Under the pieces are notes generated by a model that was not told the DNA's origin, did not search any database, and was given only the letters and a program-made list of their open reading frames with translations. Shown here piece by piece: positions 12,767 to 26,059 of a DNA stretch of 64,000 nt; position 1 is the stretch's first letter, and each line of letters opens with the position of its first letter. Both the position numbers and the translations under genes were made by a program. This stretch comes from Octopus sinensis (Eukaryota): positions 87,296,001 to 87,360,000 of the forward strand of contig NC_043005.1 in the NCBI RefSeq assembly GCF_006345805.1, written 5' to 3'.

Positions 12767-13383
12767 CATACATATATGCAAATAAGCATACACAGAATAT
12801 TACTATGTAAAAATAAATGTCTACGACTGCATCTGTTGAGTTACGCGCCACATAAATTATCATAAATTATCATAAATTATCATCTTTTAGTCTCCTTCCA
12901 GTAGAGATTTTTTTCTCCTGCTACGTTATTTCTTTATATTACTGATTATAACTTACAGAGCAAATGCAAGAAAGATTATGATAAACAGAATTTTTAAGCT
13001 ATTTTTCCCAGAAGTTTCACCCTTCAGGGTATTTACAGCCACTGCAGTCGATGATTCAAATGCAATTTTAGGCCGACTAAAACAAAAGCAGTTCCTTGTG
13101 AGGAACGCTTTATTACCTTTGAATACATGAATACAGATTTGCAGTGTATGTCTGTCAACAGATGTTCTTCCGCCATTTGAACCTATGACGCATTTTCTAC
13201 CTTCTCATTTCTAATTATTATTATAATTATACTATCTAATGAAAAAACCAACAAGCATACAAAATAAAACTTTACGTATAAAGGCAATTACGTTCTCTAT
13301 AATTCTCATAATTAACGATGTTGTACTTGCCTTCATTTCACAATATACCTGTGACGAAAAAATCCAATACATCCAGAAATTAC
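12341..13383. repeat. About 112-bp inverted repeat pair (12341-12455 / 13272-13383) enclosing microsatellite and unique spacer
   Basis: GTAATTTTCTGGATCTATTGGATTTTTCGTCACAGG...TTGCCTTTATACGTA is the reverse complement of TACGTATAAAGGCAATTACG...CCTGTGACGAAAAAATCCAATACATCCAGAAATTAC. Confidence 0.8.
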
Positions 13384-13425
13384 AATATATATTATATATA
13401 TATTATATATTATATTTATATATAC

Positions 13426-13516
<91 letters not shown>

Positions 13517-13517
<1 letters not shown>

Positions 13518-13970
13518 GCTTTTGATATATAGGACACTGACTGGGAGAACAATGCCTATCATCGCCACAGATGGAGGAAGCAGGTTAAGGGGGGATCGAC
13601 ACTTTTGAGAGAGCACGTATCCAGCATGAAGAACTTAAGCGAGCTGTGCGAAAGCGAGCTGCGCGAAAGCGAGCTGCGCGAAAGCGAGCTGCGCGAAAGC
13701 GAGCTGCGCGAAAGCGAGCTGCGCGAAAGCGAGCTGTGCGAAAGCGAGCTGCGCGAAAGCGAGCTGCGCGAAAGCGCACGGCTCGTATAGTGAATGGGGA
13801 AAGCTTGGTCTGCAATGTTTGCAGTCGTGTATGCTTGTCAAGAGCAGGGCTCATTAGCCACCAACGGAGCCGCAAATGCAAAATATAAGTTAGTCCTAGA
13901 GCGCACAATGTTCCTGAAGGTCGGCAATGGTCTTCCTCGGTCACGAGTGCACGGCCATCATCATCATCAT
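13517..13970 (+). mobile_element. RTE-clade LINE 3' end with C2H2-like finger and (CAT)n tail
   Basis: DWENNAYHRHRWRKQVKG...; LVCNVCSRVCLSRAGLISHQRS; tail CATCATCATCATCAT. Confidence 0.8.
13639..13773 (+). repeat. 15-bp GC-rich minisatellite (GCGAGCTGYGCGAAA) x9
   Basis: Nine contiguous units counted; units 1 and 7 carry T at position 9. Confidence 0.95.
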
Positions 13971-14159
13971 GTATGTATAAATATATATATATATATATAT
14001 ATATAATGTATATATATATATATATATACATACACATATATATACATACATATATGCATATATGTATATATATATATGTGTGAGTGTATATGTGTGTGTG
14101 TGTTTATGTATGTATGTAGTATATATTTATATATACCTATATACACAAATACATATTTA

Positions 14160-14555
14160 TTCTTTTGTCCTTTTATTTGTTTCAGTCATTTTACTGCGGT
14201 CATGCTGGAGCACTGCTTTTAGTCGAAAAATTGGACCCAGGACTTATTCTTTGTAAGTCTAGTACTTATTCTATCGGTCACTTTTGCAGAACCGCTAATT
14301 TACAGGAACATAAACACACCGGCATCGGTTATCAAGCGATGATGGGGAGAGACAAGCAGACACACAAACATACATACATACATACACACACACAGATATA
14401 TATACGACGGTGTTCTTTTAGTTTCCATCTACCAAATCCACTCACAGGGCTGTGGTCGGCCGAGGCAATAGTAGAAGAGACTTGCCCAAGATGCCATGCA
14501 GTGAGACTGAAACCCGGAACTATGTGGTTCGTAAGCAAGCCACTACCGCACATAC
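14160..14555 (-). mobile_element. SINE family 2, near full length
   Basis: Reverse complement of the family at 18739-19235 and 48398-48795: head, CA-rich middle, GTGCTCCAGCATGaCCGCAGT tail. Confidence 0.85.
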
Positions 14556-14619
14556 CTACATATGTACATATCCTGTCTATACATATGTATATATATATAT
14601 ATATATATTATATTCAAAA

Positions 14620-14755
14620 TGTGACGCGGTGGTGTACCGTTGGTGTGATTGTGTTCTCCGTCTTCCCTTCCTTCCTGAGCGTCCAATAATACTATATTTG
14701 TTCACGTCCTCGCCTGTTGCGTTTTCTCTTTGTTTTTCATGTTTGGATTAACTAT
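14620..14755 (+). repeat. Short repeat related to 37180-37390 but lacking its hammerhead segment
   Basis: Shares GTACCGTTGG and TTCCTGAGCGTCCAATAATACTATATTTGTT..ACGTCCTCGC...GTTTGGATTAAC. Confidence 0.7.
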
Positions 14756-14804
14756 ATATATATATATAATATATATTATATATATTATATATATATATAT
14801 ATAT

Positions 14805-14858
<54 letters not shown>

Positions 14859-15004
14859 ATATATATGTATATATAATATATATATATATATATATACATA
14901 TGTATATTAATGTATATATATGTATATATATATATATATATATATTACATATACATATATAATATATATACATATATATATATACATATATACATATATA
15001 TAAC

Positions 15005-15035
<31 letters not shown>

Positions 15036-15133
15036 ACATATATACATATATTATATATATTATATATATATATATATACATATATGTAATATAATTATAT
15101 ATATATATATTAAAATAGATAGATAGATAGAAT

Positions 15134-15165
<32 letters not shown>

Positions 15166-15166
15166 C

Positions 15167-15211
<45 letters not shown>

Positions 15212-15212
15212 T
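14752..15212. repeat. Compound (TA)n/(GATA)n microsatellite, representative of many in the window
   Basis: Direct inspection. Similar blocks at about 2070-2310, 12455-12780, 17165-17390, 29565-29710, 32190-32435, 33310-33445, 33720-33910, 35070-35562, 37655-37830 and 44245-44465. Confidence 0.95.
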
Positions 15213-16074
15213 GCAGTCGCTGGTCTTTGTGACTAATCTTTAAGTGATACCATGGGCATTATTAATAATTTAATACATGTGTACGAACATTGCACACTAG
15301 CATTTTGCAAATAAAGTTCACCTTTCCTCCGACCAGTTTCCCAGGCATTGAAACTTAAAGAGATGTTGGCATTGTTATTTACCACCCCTGACTCATAATT
15401 ATGTAGTATTGTAAGTGATATACTTTATAATTGCATCTTCTAATACATCAACGTCTTACTTAATTGTATCACATCATAACAATGGAATTATGTTGGTTTT
15501 AGTACAGAAGACAGACAGAAATGTTATAGTACCGGAATTTAGTTAATGATGTACATGGCAAAAGATGACATGTTACCCGTTCCTGTTGAAGTCGACGGTC
15601 GTGGCTTTCCGGCAAAATTAGCGAGTGGATTTGTGTGGATTCCAAACAACTGCAGAAAACAACAATGCAAATAGCCATGACAGTTGGGACCACCTCTCGA
15701 TGTTTATAGCCAACGACAGACAGCAAATGGAATCATTCGCTCTCCCACGCATGCGTAGCGGAAGCGCTAAGAAGTAGAACATTCGTGACTCTTAAGTATG
15801 TGCTGTTAATACAGTTATGTATAGAATGTAAGGAAGTGTTGCCAACTATATCTTAATCGATATCAAGAGATAGAACTTGTCCCACCTTTCAGATGCACCT
15901 GCAGTTTCTGCATGGAACATCGCATACCTGGGTATTCAGTCCTAATATTCAAACTTTCTGCTATGTTCGAACCAAATATGAAGATTGTTAAATGTTTGAC
16001 CCCGTTGTTTCAGTTGGATACTTTCAGAAACTTTGGCCGTGGTCAAAAATTATGTCATTACCTTAACGCAGTCA

Positions 16075-16295
16075 TCTGGCAAATTCGTTAGCGTAGTGGA
16101 CAACATATCTAGCATCATTTGTTTCGGCTCTTTCCGTTCTGGGTTTCAAATGCCACTGAGGTCGATCTTGCTTTCCATGTTTTCAGGGTCGATAAAATAA
16201 CGTACCAGCTGAGCACTGGGATATGTGTAATCGACTAATCCCTGCCCCTCCCTCGAATCCCTGGTGTATGTCAAAATTTGAAGCCATTTGGATTT
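16075..16295 (+). mobile_element. tRNA-derived SINE family 1, degenerate
   Basis: TTCAAATgCCaCtGAGGTCGAtcTTGCtTTcCAT..TTTCaGGGTCGATAAAATAAcGTACCAGcTGAGCACTGGG. Confidence 0.75.
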
Positions 16296-17180
16296 ACAAT
16301 CATAAGGCGAATCTTGTATGTGGCTAACATATGACGACCGTGTATTATCGAATTAAACTGGTGAGTTACGTTAAAAGAACAAATATACAAAACATCGGGG
16401 ATGATATATAAGTAGTTGGCAATATAATTCATCATTTCGTAAAAATCATAATTTTTCCTCTGCCAAAATTCTTCTCCTCTCCATGAAAAAAATCGTTTCC
16501 AAAGCGACAATCTATGATATTTGATATATATAAGTTCAACTTAAAACCTACAGCCCATATGTCAAGACATTTACATACTTAACAGCACTTTTTTCTCCCA
16601 TTCGAGTGACAGCAAGAAAATGCAACGTTAAATATCAGAACTTGTTCTCGCACACTTTAAAAGATTAATTTCATTTGATAAATATTTTACGAGAAAGTTT
16701 GGAATTTGCATTTGCAGCAGCACTTTGTCTTGAAAAGAATTAGAAATTTGACAGAAGCCAGCATGAAATCGTTGATTCTATTTATTTTTTTCAGCAAAAT
16801 ATTATCGTATTTTGTTAGGTTTAGTCTATGTTTTATATTCTTCGTTTCGTTGCTGTTGCATTGGAGCAGGTTATGTTTATGAAAACGAAAACAGCAGGAA
16901 GGTATATGTGATAAATCGTAGTTATAGCAGCAAAAACGAAATGAAAAAAAACAAAAGACAAAACGATTCGGTTCATAACTTAAAACTCTTTATCACACAC
17001 TCACACACGCGCGAGCGTATGTACCTGCGCGCGCGCGTAAGTGCATATGTGTGCGTATGTGCTTGCGTGTGTGTGTGTATATATATATACATATAAATGT
17101 ATATAGTTAGATAGCGGAGAGACAGAGATGCATATATACAACACATACGTACACCATACATACCTGTATATATATATATG

Positions 17181-17215
<35 letters not shown>

Positions 17216-17304
17216 TATTATATAACATAGGAGTAAAAACACATATATTATATATGTATATATATATATATATAATATCTATCTATATATATATGTATAT
17301 ATAT

Positions 17305-17356
<52 letters not shown>

Positions 17357-18738
17357 TATATATACATATAATACATACATATATACATGCATATCGTCTA
17401 ACAGGGAAAGTTTGAGAATATTGGTATCTGTACCAGTTGAAATGCTGGTTTAATCATGAAAACGCTATATAAATCGACTTTAGAAAGAAAAACATAAAAT
17501 GAGTCCGTATTGTAAAGAATCTACTAATATACTTGACATTTCGAAACATGAATTTTTACAACTGGACAGACAGCAATCCATCTTATAGCAACCAACATAT
17601 ACTGCTCACAATCGGCCTATATGTTTCAGACTAGCTGAAGTCAATGAACGATCGACCGCACGAACGAAACCTTAGTTTCGGCTTTTAGCTTCTCTTTCAC
17701 GCAACATAATTGCCGACTTTTTTTTCTCAGAATGTTTATAGTTTATCCGTCTCCCCTCTGTCTCTGGGAGTAATTACATGTTTGAAGATTTCTTTTGTTC
17801 TCTTATGTCTTTTCGGTTTTCAATCACGCCAGCTTCGGTGTGCGTATGTTATTTTCATAACATACATTTTAAACGCTGTGAGTTATGAGGGTAATAAAAA
17901 TCTTTAAGCTGTAAAGAATAGAATTTTTAATAAACTAAAAGAGAACCATCCGAAAATTCTCTGAAATGAATAATAGTGACGTTATTAAATAATGTTTTTG
18001 TTTTTTTTTTATATTTTTGTTTTGGAAAAGAAAACATGTAGAGAAATGGATGGAAAAGAGAAGTAGAAGTACGAAGTAACGTCTATCTTTACACAAACTA
18101 TATGAAAATATATTATTACAAAATTGAATGAGAAGACTTCGTTTTTTTTCCAGCTTGTTTGTTTGTTTTTAGCAATAAGAGAAGATGAGACGAAAGATTG
18201 TTACAACACGAGATGACAAAAAATTTCTCAGTCTTGTTAACAACTTGGAGAAGCTAATATTGAGAAGTAAACAGCGTAGAAAACTAAGAAATATAAGCGA
18301 TTAAAATGCATCATTACCATACTTACACATGTATTGGTGTTCGTCGGTTTAGTCGGGGAAAAGCCCATAGTTTTTGAAAGATGTATCAGACATTTCTCGA
18401 AGCAGATTTCTGTGGAACAGTGGTTCTAAGGAAAGTGTATGCAGGTCTCGAGTTTGAGAAAAAGTAGATATATATATATATATATATGTTTAGTATTGGT
18501 ATTGGGGGAATGAAGCTGATTGCATCAGACAGTATTGACTGGAGGTGGGGTGCTCCTTGCAAGTTTCCAGGAAGAATGTTTATCTGCAAGAAATGGAAGC
18601 GCTCTGTAGCATGATAAACCTGCAGGAAACCCTTAAGGGAATTGTAAGCGTTTCTTCTGATGGTGACTAAAAGTCATTGCAATGTCTCTAACTCTTCCGT
18701 AGCATCGGCGGATATCTCGTAAAGAAATAGTCAATAAC

Positions 18739-19235
18739 AGGCGTGGCTCTGTGATTAGAAATCTACTTCTCAACCACATGGTTCTGGGATCAGTCCTACT
18801 GCGTGGCACCTAACCCAAGTGTCTTCCATCGTAGCCTCGATCCGACAAAAACCTTTTGAGTGGGTTTGGTAGACAGTGTGTGTTTGTATGTATGTATGCA
18901 TGCATGCATGTATGTATGTATGTATGTATGTATGTATGTATGTATGTATGTATGCATGCATGTATGTATGTATGTGAGTGTGTGTGTATGTGTGTGTGGT
19001 GTGTGTGTGTGTGTGTAATCAGGTATGTGTGTTTGAGTGTTTGTCCCGCACCAACGCTCAACAATCGGTATCGTCGTGTTTATGGTTCCGTAACATAGTG
19101 TTTCGGGAAAACAGGCCAATAGAATGAACACCAGACTTTTACAAAATGTGTATTGCGGTTGATTCGTTAGAGTAAAATGGTTCGAGGCCGTGCTCCAACA
19201 TAGCTGTTGTCTTACGACTAAAATAAATAAAGCAA
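18739..19235 (+). mobile_element. SINE family 2 with expanded internal (TATG)n
   Basis: Head AACCACATGGTTCTGGGaTCAGTCC; tail GcCGTGCTCCAaCAT. Confidence 0.8.
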
Positions 19236-19744
19236 TAAACAACACAACGTAACAGGCAAAGCTACAAGGCAATACGAAAGCAAATGGAATACGATATATA
19301 TATTCTACACGTTGTAAAACAAAACAAAACATAAATAAGCACCATGAAGTAAATTCTCATTGACTCAAGAAGTTATAAACGTCTTATGAAGAGCAAAACA
19401 TGTGTTACAGCGAACCATGTTCGGTAGAAGCATTGCAAATGATCGATCAATAATGAAAGCTAACTCGCTCCGTATATCGGTGAGGCCAGAGTTTAACATT
19501 TATTCGATCTCGTGATTGAATTGCTAGCCGTGAAACTAACCTGTGAGTGACTGAAGAACTCATACAAACGTATCGGGTTGTTGCGTTTCATAGGCTGATT
19601 CATCGAGGAATTACATGAATTTGTTACGTATTCAGTTTATGCTATGTAGAGAGACACGAAATAATAGAGGAGAAGCGACATAGAGAAGGAGAAAAAGAAA
19701 TACAGAGAGAGGAAGACAGACAGAATTCAGTAGAGAAGTGTGCT

Positions 19745-19960
19745 TTCATACATTGATTTCAAACTTTGGCACAAAGTCAATAATTTCGGGTGAGGGTCAA
19801 GTCGATTACAGTGACAGCAGCGTTCAGCTGGTAATTATTTTGGTTACGCTAAAAGAAATGCAAAGTAGACCTCTGTAGAATTTGAACTCAGAAATTAAAG
19901 GTGGGTGTAATGCCTCGAGCCTTTTCCCGGTACACTAACGATTCTGCCACCTGACTGCCT
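19745..19960 (-). mobile_element. SINE family 1, degenerate
   Basis: GCAAAGTaGACCTCtGtaGAATTTGAACTCAGAA...CTAACGATTCTGCCA. Confidence 0.7.
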
Positions 19961-20466
19961 TATATGATGATACCGAAGGATGACCCGCAAAGCTCACTTG
20001 GAATTCAAAACGTACATAGCGGAAGCGAATGCCAAGAATTTTTGCCTTTGATCTTGCCGTCTGGCTTCCACACCAACGCCTGATTCTTAGTGTTTCTGGC
20101 TGAGTATTCCTTCGATTGGTGCATTCAAAACAGCATTTCCAAATAGAATCAGAATCACACAAACTAATTTCAGTCAAAAGTAGAATGAACACGCACACAC
20201 ACAAGTATACATTTATATGCGTGCCTACATATAAACATATATATACATATATTTATGCATGTAGCCATATATACATAAAGCACACATACATAAATACATA
20301 CACACATCGAGAATACACACGCAGTTACAGACATGAATTTTAATAGTCATAAAATTCACACGCTTCTGTATGGATGTTACACGGACATTTTCTACACGAA
20401 GGCAAGTTCATCCGTACGCATACATATGAATAGAAAGCACAAACACACACACACATACACACAATT

Positions 20467-20510
<44 letters not shown>

Positions 20511-20680
20511 TGTTTAAGTAGTTGAATGTATTATCCTAGTATGGATAATTCGGTTAACCGATACCCGGGTAGCAAATTTACGTCAGAAAGCACGGTTGAA
20601 ACTACATGCCAAGAGTAGAAATCACTATGGACTCTGTGTGGGCAGTCATCTAAAAGTTTTTGTTCGCATGATGCTGACAT

Positions 20681-20785
20681 AAGTTCCTTGTCTTTCCTGA
20701 TGAGAAGGCGGCACGATGCACCCTTTATTCCTTCGGAATTAAGAATATGCAGTCTTCGAAACATGTGTCGAAAATAAAGGAATTT
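20681..20785 (+). ncRNA. Type I hammerhead ribozyme, apparently intact, with extended stems I and II
   Basis: AAGTTCCTT-gtc-TTTC / CTGATGA (20697-20703) / GAAGGC...GTCTTC / GAAAC (20758-20762) / ATGT / GTC (20767-20769) / GAAA-ata-AAGGAATTT. Confidence 0.85.
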
Positions 20786-20915
20786 TGTTAAATCGTCGTT
20801 CGACTCTTTCATTTATATATATATATATATACTTATATATATATGTGTGTGTATGTAAGTATACATATATGTATATATGTATGTATATATATTATATATA
20901 TGTATACATATATAT

Positions 20916-20979
<64 letters not shown>

Positions 20980-21701
20980 CAGGTGATTGAAAAGTGACTC
21001 CCTATTTTAAAATACTTATAATATATTTATTAACTGTAATTTTTAAAAAAACACATATGTAAAGAAAGTGTATAGCATGGAATTTTATTTAAAATTTGAT
21101 ATAGGCATCAGCATTCACCAACAGCTTCTGAAGCCACCTGGGAACCACATCAACTGATTTCATCAGGAACTCTTGTGGAATGCAAGATATAACTTCTCGT
21201 ATTCATCCTTTCAGTTCTTCCAAAGTCATTGGTTTGGTAGAGAAGACTTCCACCTTTAACCAACCCCAAAGAAAACGGTCGCAGGGTGTTAAATCAGGGC
21301 TTCTGGCCAGCCAGTCATGCAGAACTTGATGGATTGAAAGGACGACCACTTAAAGTATCAGCTAAAAATCCTGTGGTCATGAATTTTGCATGGCAATTTT
21401 TGATTATCTTTGCATCAAGTTGAGCATGTCTTCCTCTAATGGTCCTCCACCATCTTGGCATGTGAACAACTGATCTCCAAACTTCGTAATGTGCAGCTAG
21501 GTGGGCATGCTCCTGCACAGTAGAACATCCAGCCATGTTTGTAGGGATTCTAAATTTCAAACAAAATAATCAACCTGAAAAAAGACATGGTATCAATTCC
21601 CATACATTAAAGAACATACACAACAAATTTGAGAACAAAATTATAGTTAATAAATAAATTATAAGCATTTTAAAATAAGAAGTTACTTTCCAATCACCCT
21701 G
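20980..21701 (-). mobile_element. Tc1/mariner-superfamily non-autonomous derivative with about 65-bp TIRs
   Basis: CAGGTGATTGAAAAGTGACT...TAACTGTAATTTT vs AAAATTATAGTTAA...AGTTACTTTCCAATCACCCTG, set in TA tracts. Interior (minus) reads WLARSPDLTPCDRFLWGWLKVEVFSTKPMTLEELK. Confidence 0.88.
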
Positions 21702-21743
21702 GATATATATATATATATATATATATTATATTATATATATATA

Positions 21744-21778
<35 letters not shown>

Positions 21779-22275
21779 CTTATATATTTATTTATTTATT
21801 TACATACTTAATATATATATATATAATATATATATATGCTTGTTTGAGTGTATGTGACGAGGGGTGTAGAACGCGCATACGTTTAAAGCTCTATCTGCTA
21901 TGATTGCGGTTACGTAATGATTAGATTATGCAAATGTTGTGCGTGGAAAATATTTCCGGTACGGGTTAACACTGCGAAAACATCTTGCAGTTTCTCAAAT
22001 TTGATTATTCTTGGTGCTTGGGCCAAAGGCAGAATTGTTCAACGATACCACTTTTGCGATCATTTCATTTCAAATTCAAATCTACCGAATACGGCAAGAG
22101 TTCGGATAAATGCGGCAAAGTCTTATATGAGTGACATTTCGATATTGTTTCGGTAAAATGAAGTACGGAGAAGAAAGCCTCTGTTTTTATTTGGAGATGG
22201 CTACTGAGGCGAAGGCCATATGAGCATGTACTCATGCGCACACACATGAAATACAAATACACACACGCACAATAA

Positions 22276-22319
<44 letters not shown>

Positions 22320-23047
22320 GCACATACACACACACACATTCATATTTATATATAAATGTGTGTGTGCGAAGTATGTTGATATACTCATCTAATCAGTAGC
22401 CAGGTCACCTCCAATAAAACCTGAGAATCTCTACTTTTCCTTATGGATGTGCTTGAACATCTCTCTCTCTTTCTCGCAAGTCATCTATCCATCCGTCTAT
22501 CTATCTGTATATACGTTTCCAATGGAGTCTTGGCATGATTTTGGCGCGGAATTTGAGACATAACTAAAAATGTAATTCGTTGGACCGCTCGTGTTTTTGA
22601 CGCTCGAATCGATCCAATTAATTGCATTTGAGACAAACTCTGCCGAAGATTTATAGATGTATGTGTAAGTAAAACTACATATTACATTAGTAATGAAACA
22701 ATTGAACAGGGTCAATCTATTTTATTCGTTGTATTTCACTTTCCTTCCGTTAGATGTATGTTGATTCTAGTTGGAAACAGATCTTCTGTGGTTGCTTCGG
22801 AGCTATTTTTAGCACTAGAGTTATCCACATAGTGGTTAACTCTCTAATAATTTATGTCATATATTATATATATACATATGCACACAGACATACAGCGTAT
22901 TGATATATACAATTAATTTGATTTACATCAAATTTCAATTAATCATTATCACAGTAATGCAATTATACATTTCGTGTTTATCTTAATGAAACAGTTGTTA
23001 AATATAACTAAAATATAAACAGTATATATTTAAGTGTGTTTGTGTAT

Positions 23048-23105
<58 letters not shown>

Positions 23106-23841
23106 ATGTATAAAGATATATTTATCTTTCTCTCTCTTTCTTTCTCCTTGTATATAATATATATGAATCCGTTTAGGTATTTCTCTTCTAAAGTTTGTTA
23201 TATTTCATTTCATTTTGTTTTATTTATTTATTTTAATTTTTTATTTTACTTTAGCCATGCTCATGTAAAGCTTCCTGTTTCAACAATGTTTAATAATATA
23301 ACAATGTTAACATTAACGTTTCTATGAAGTCTATAATTCCTGATACACTCTCATGCTACGAAGATATCTGTGTACATAGAATCATGTTCATAGACTTCAG
23401 ACAACTTTTAATAAACGTAATTAGCAAACACAAGTTAATGTTTTGTTTTGCTTTATTTAAAAAAAAATATATTAGAGAACACATATAAAAAAAAAACACA
23501 CAACAGGAAACAAAACAAGTGAAAGCAGAAACGAAACTCCTGCATGAAAAGTTTCTAGTTACAGTGGGTGAGCTTAAATAAACTACTCGCCTTTGGTTGA
23601 CTAACACGAGACAGAATATTTGCAACGGAAATATTGTTAGCTGCTACATTGAACCAGACCAAAGTATTTCGAGGCATCGCTTTTAAAAAAGCACACATTT
23701 TATTAGTGTTGTCACGTCACCGAAGACTGGGTTTTTCAATTGATTTGTGTCAAATATCCTTCCAGATAGGTTTCATATTCTAGTTAGTGTTAGAGCAGAT
23801 ATTTGTCTTCTTTATATCCTATTAGATTATGAAAGAAAAAT

Positions 23842-23912
<71 letters not shown>

Positions 23913-24263
23913 GAACAGCAACGAAACATTGCAAGTGAGAGATTTGAAGCTTTTCAAATTGCTAACACATATCACAGAACTGCCTGGAATAAATCTAAAA
24001 AAAAGTTTTACAAAAATGAAGTTTTGATTATTCGATAAATCACTTAGGTATATCTTCACATGCGAAAGCACATAGAATTAAGTTCTTATTCACACGCGTA
24101 AGTTCAACCAGAACTAAAAGTACATACACACATATGCGTGAGAGACATGTTTCTACAGAACTTCTTCCAGCGCACATCAAGCGACACTAATATTAACAAG
24201 TTAACACATATTAGCAATAGCAAAAACAAATGAAACAATATTATAGACACACATCCACACACA

Positions 24264-24295
<32 letters not shown>

Positions 24296-24340
24296 TACAT
24301 AAAGACACACGGACACACACACATATATGTGTATATATAT

Positions 24341-24488
24341 ATTATTATTTTTCTTAAACAACAATGTTATTGACAGTGAGTTCGAAGTTTTGATCAGTTA
24401 AGGCATAGTCGGGCTGCTTGATGATTGCTTAACTGGCCGAAACTTCGAAGTCCCAATCAATAATATTCTTGGTTAAGAAGAACAATAA
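24341..24488. repeat. Imperfect foldback containing a degenerate hammerhead-like motif (24411-24456, +)
   Basis: Arms about 24341-24405 / 24426-24488; motif tTGATGA-ttgcttaactggcc-GAAAC-TTCGAA-GTC. Confidence 0.6.
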
Positions 24489-24617
24489 ACGCGTTCTGTA
24501 AAAATGTATAGAGAAACCCGTCAGAATAATATAAGACTGTTTTTATTATATATTGTAAGTGAACACGAAACCAAACAACAACAGATATATATATGATTAA
24601 AGTATATATATATATCT

Positions 24618-24669
<52 letters not shown>

Positions 24670-24704
24670 GTTGTCAGTGTTTATTGAGAGAAAACACATA
24701 AATG

Positions 24705-24965
24705 CCCCACGCTGCTCCGGCGGTGGGTTATGGCAAACCCTGCTATACTGTTTCCCTACAACTTTCTCTCACTCTTACTTCCTGTTTCTCTTGTACCTAT
24801 ATTTCAAAGGGCCAGCCTTGTCGCGTCTTTGTCATGATGAATCTACCCGTAAACTGCGTTAAAGGTCACACACGTCTGTGGAGTTCTCAGCCGCTTTCAC
24901 GTTAATTTCACGACCTTGTTGTTCCATTAATTGGAACCCTCGTCGTCGTAACCGACGGAGTGACA
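24705..24965 (+). mobile_element. SINE family 3, 3' portion
   Basis: ACCTaTATTTCAAAGGGCCAGCCTTGTC...GTTAATTTCACGA...GGAACCCTCGTCGTCGTAACCGACGGAGTG. Confidence 0.8.
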
Positions 24966-25044
24966 CATGTATATATATACATACATACATATATATATAT
25001 AGTATATATATATTACATACATAATACATACATACATAAATACA

Positions 25045-25119
<75 letters not shown>

Positions 25120-25999
25120 AGATATCGTTAGATTATGTTCAACAACATACAGAGCATCAACATGAATCTTCTTAAGTGGGAGGCTGGTTAATTACTCAAT
25201 ATCAATACAGTTGTAGTTAATGAGCAAGGCTTTCGCATATTCAGGTTGTTAAAATTAAAATTAGAATTAAGATACACAAATAAATAGAACAAAAACACTT
25301 AAATAAATAAATAAATAAATACAACTTGTTTCAAAAATGCAGCCAACTATAAAATCTAATTAAATAAATAGAAACAACGAGAAAATTTCACTGAAAACAG
25401 CAGAAAAAAGAACAACAACAACAACACGATAATGCGAAACTACACTCGCCAAATTCATTTCAATAACAAGTATGTAAAGATTAAAAAAACAAAATTTTAA
25501 TGCATCGACAATGATAAAATATTTTCTCACCTAAAATATGGTCTGAGTATGTAGTGTTAAAGCTACAAATTTTTTTTGTTTCGGTACATTATTAGACACT
25601 TTCAGCTTTCATGTAATAATACTATTATTGCCTCCTAACTTTATTTGAAATTGTTGTATCTGTGAAAACCAGTGTAAAACGCAGTTAAACGTCCAAAAGT
25701 TTGCCGCTGTAATTTGTACGATAGAACCATTCCAGGAAGCTCGAACGTAGGAGTTCAAGATCAGTTTTCCCAATGGTTGTTTTATCTGTCTTTATATGTT
25801 TCACTCACTAGGCTGCGGCCATGCTGGGGACTTTCAGTCGAAATAATCGAGTCCAGTACTTTTATATATTTTGCAAAGCCTGATTCGTATTCTACAGGTT
25901 CTTTTGCCGAACTGCTAAGCTATAAGAGGAAAACACACTAGCATCAGTTCCCATGCGTTGGGACTGGACAAACACAGAATCAAAGATACGCGCACACAA

Positions 26000-26034
<35 letters not shown>

Positions 26035-26059
26035 ATACCCACATACACACACTCACATA

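Noticed and set aside
13646-13888. Protamine-like or histone H1-like basic protein gene (RKRAA repeats)
   Set aside because: Lies inside an RTE 3' fragment, the start is GTG within the repeat, and no gene structure is visible.
15499-15780. Very decayed RTE-like C-terminus (GRG.PAK...W..L...A.DR)
   Set aside because: Needs several frameshifts; resemblance too weak to annotate.
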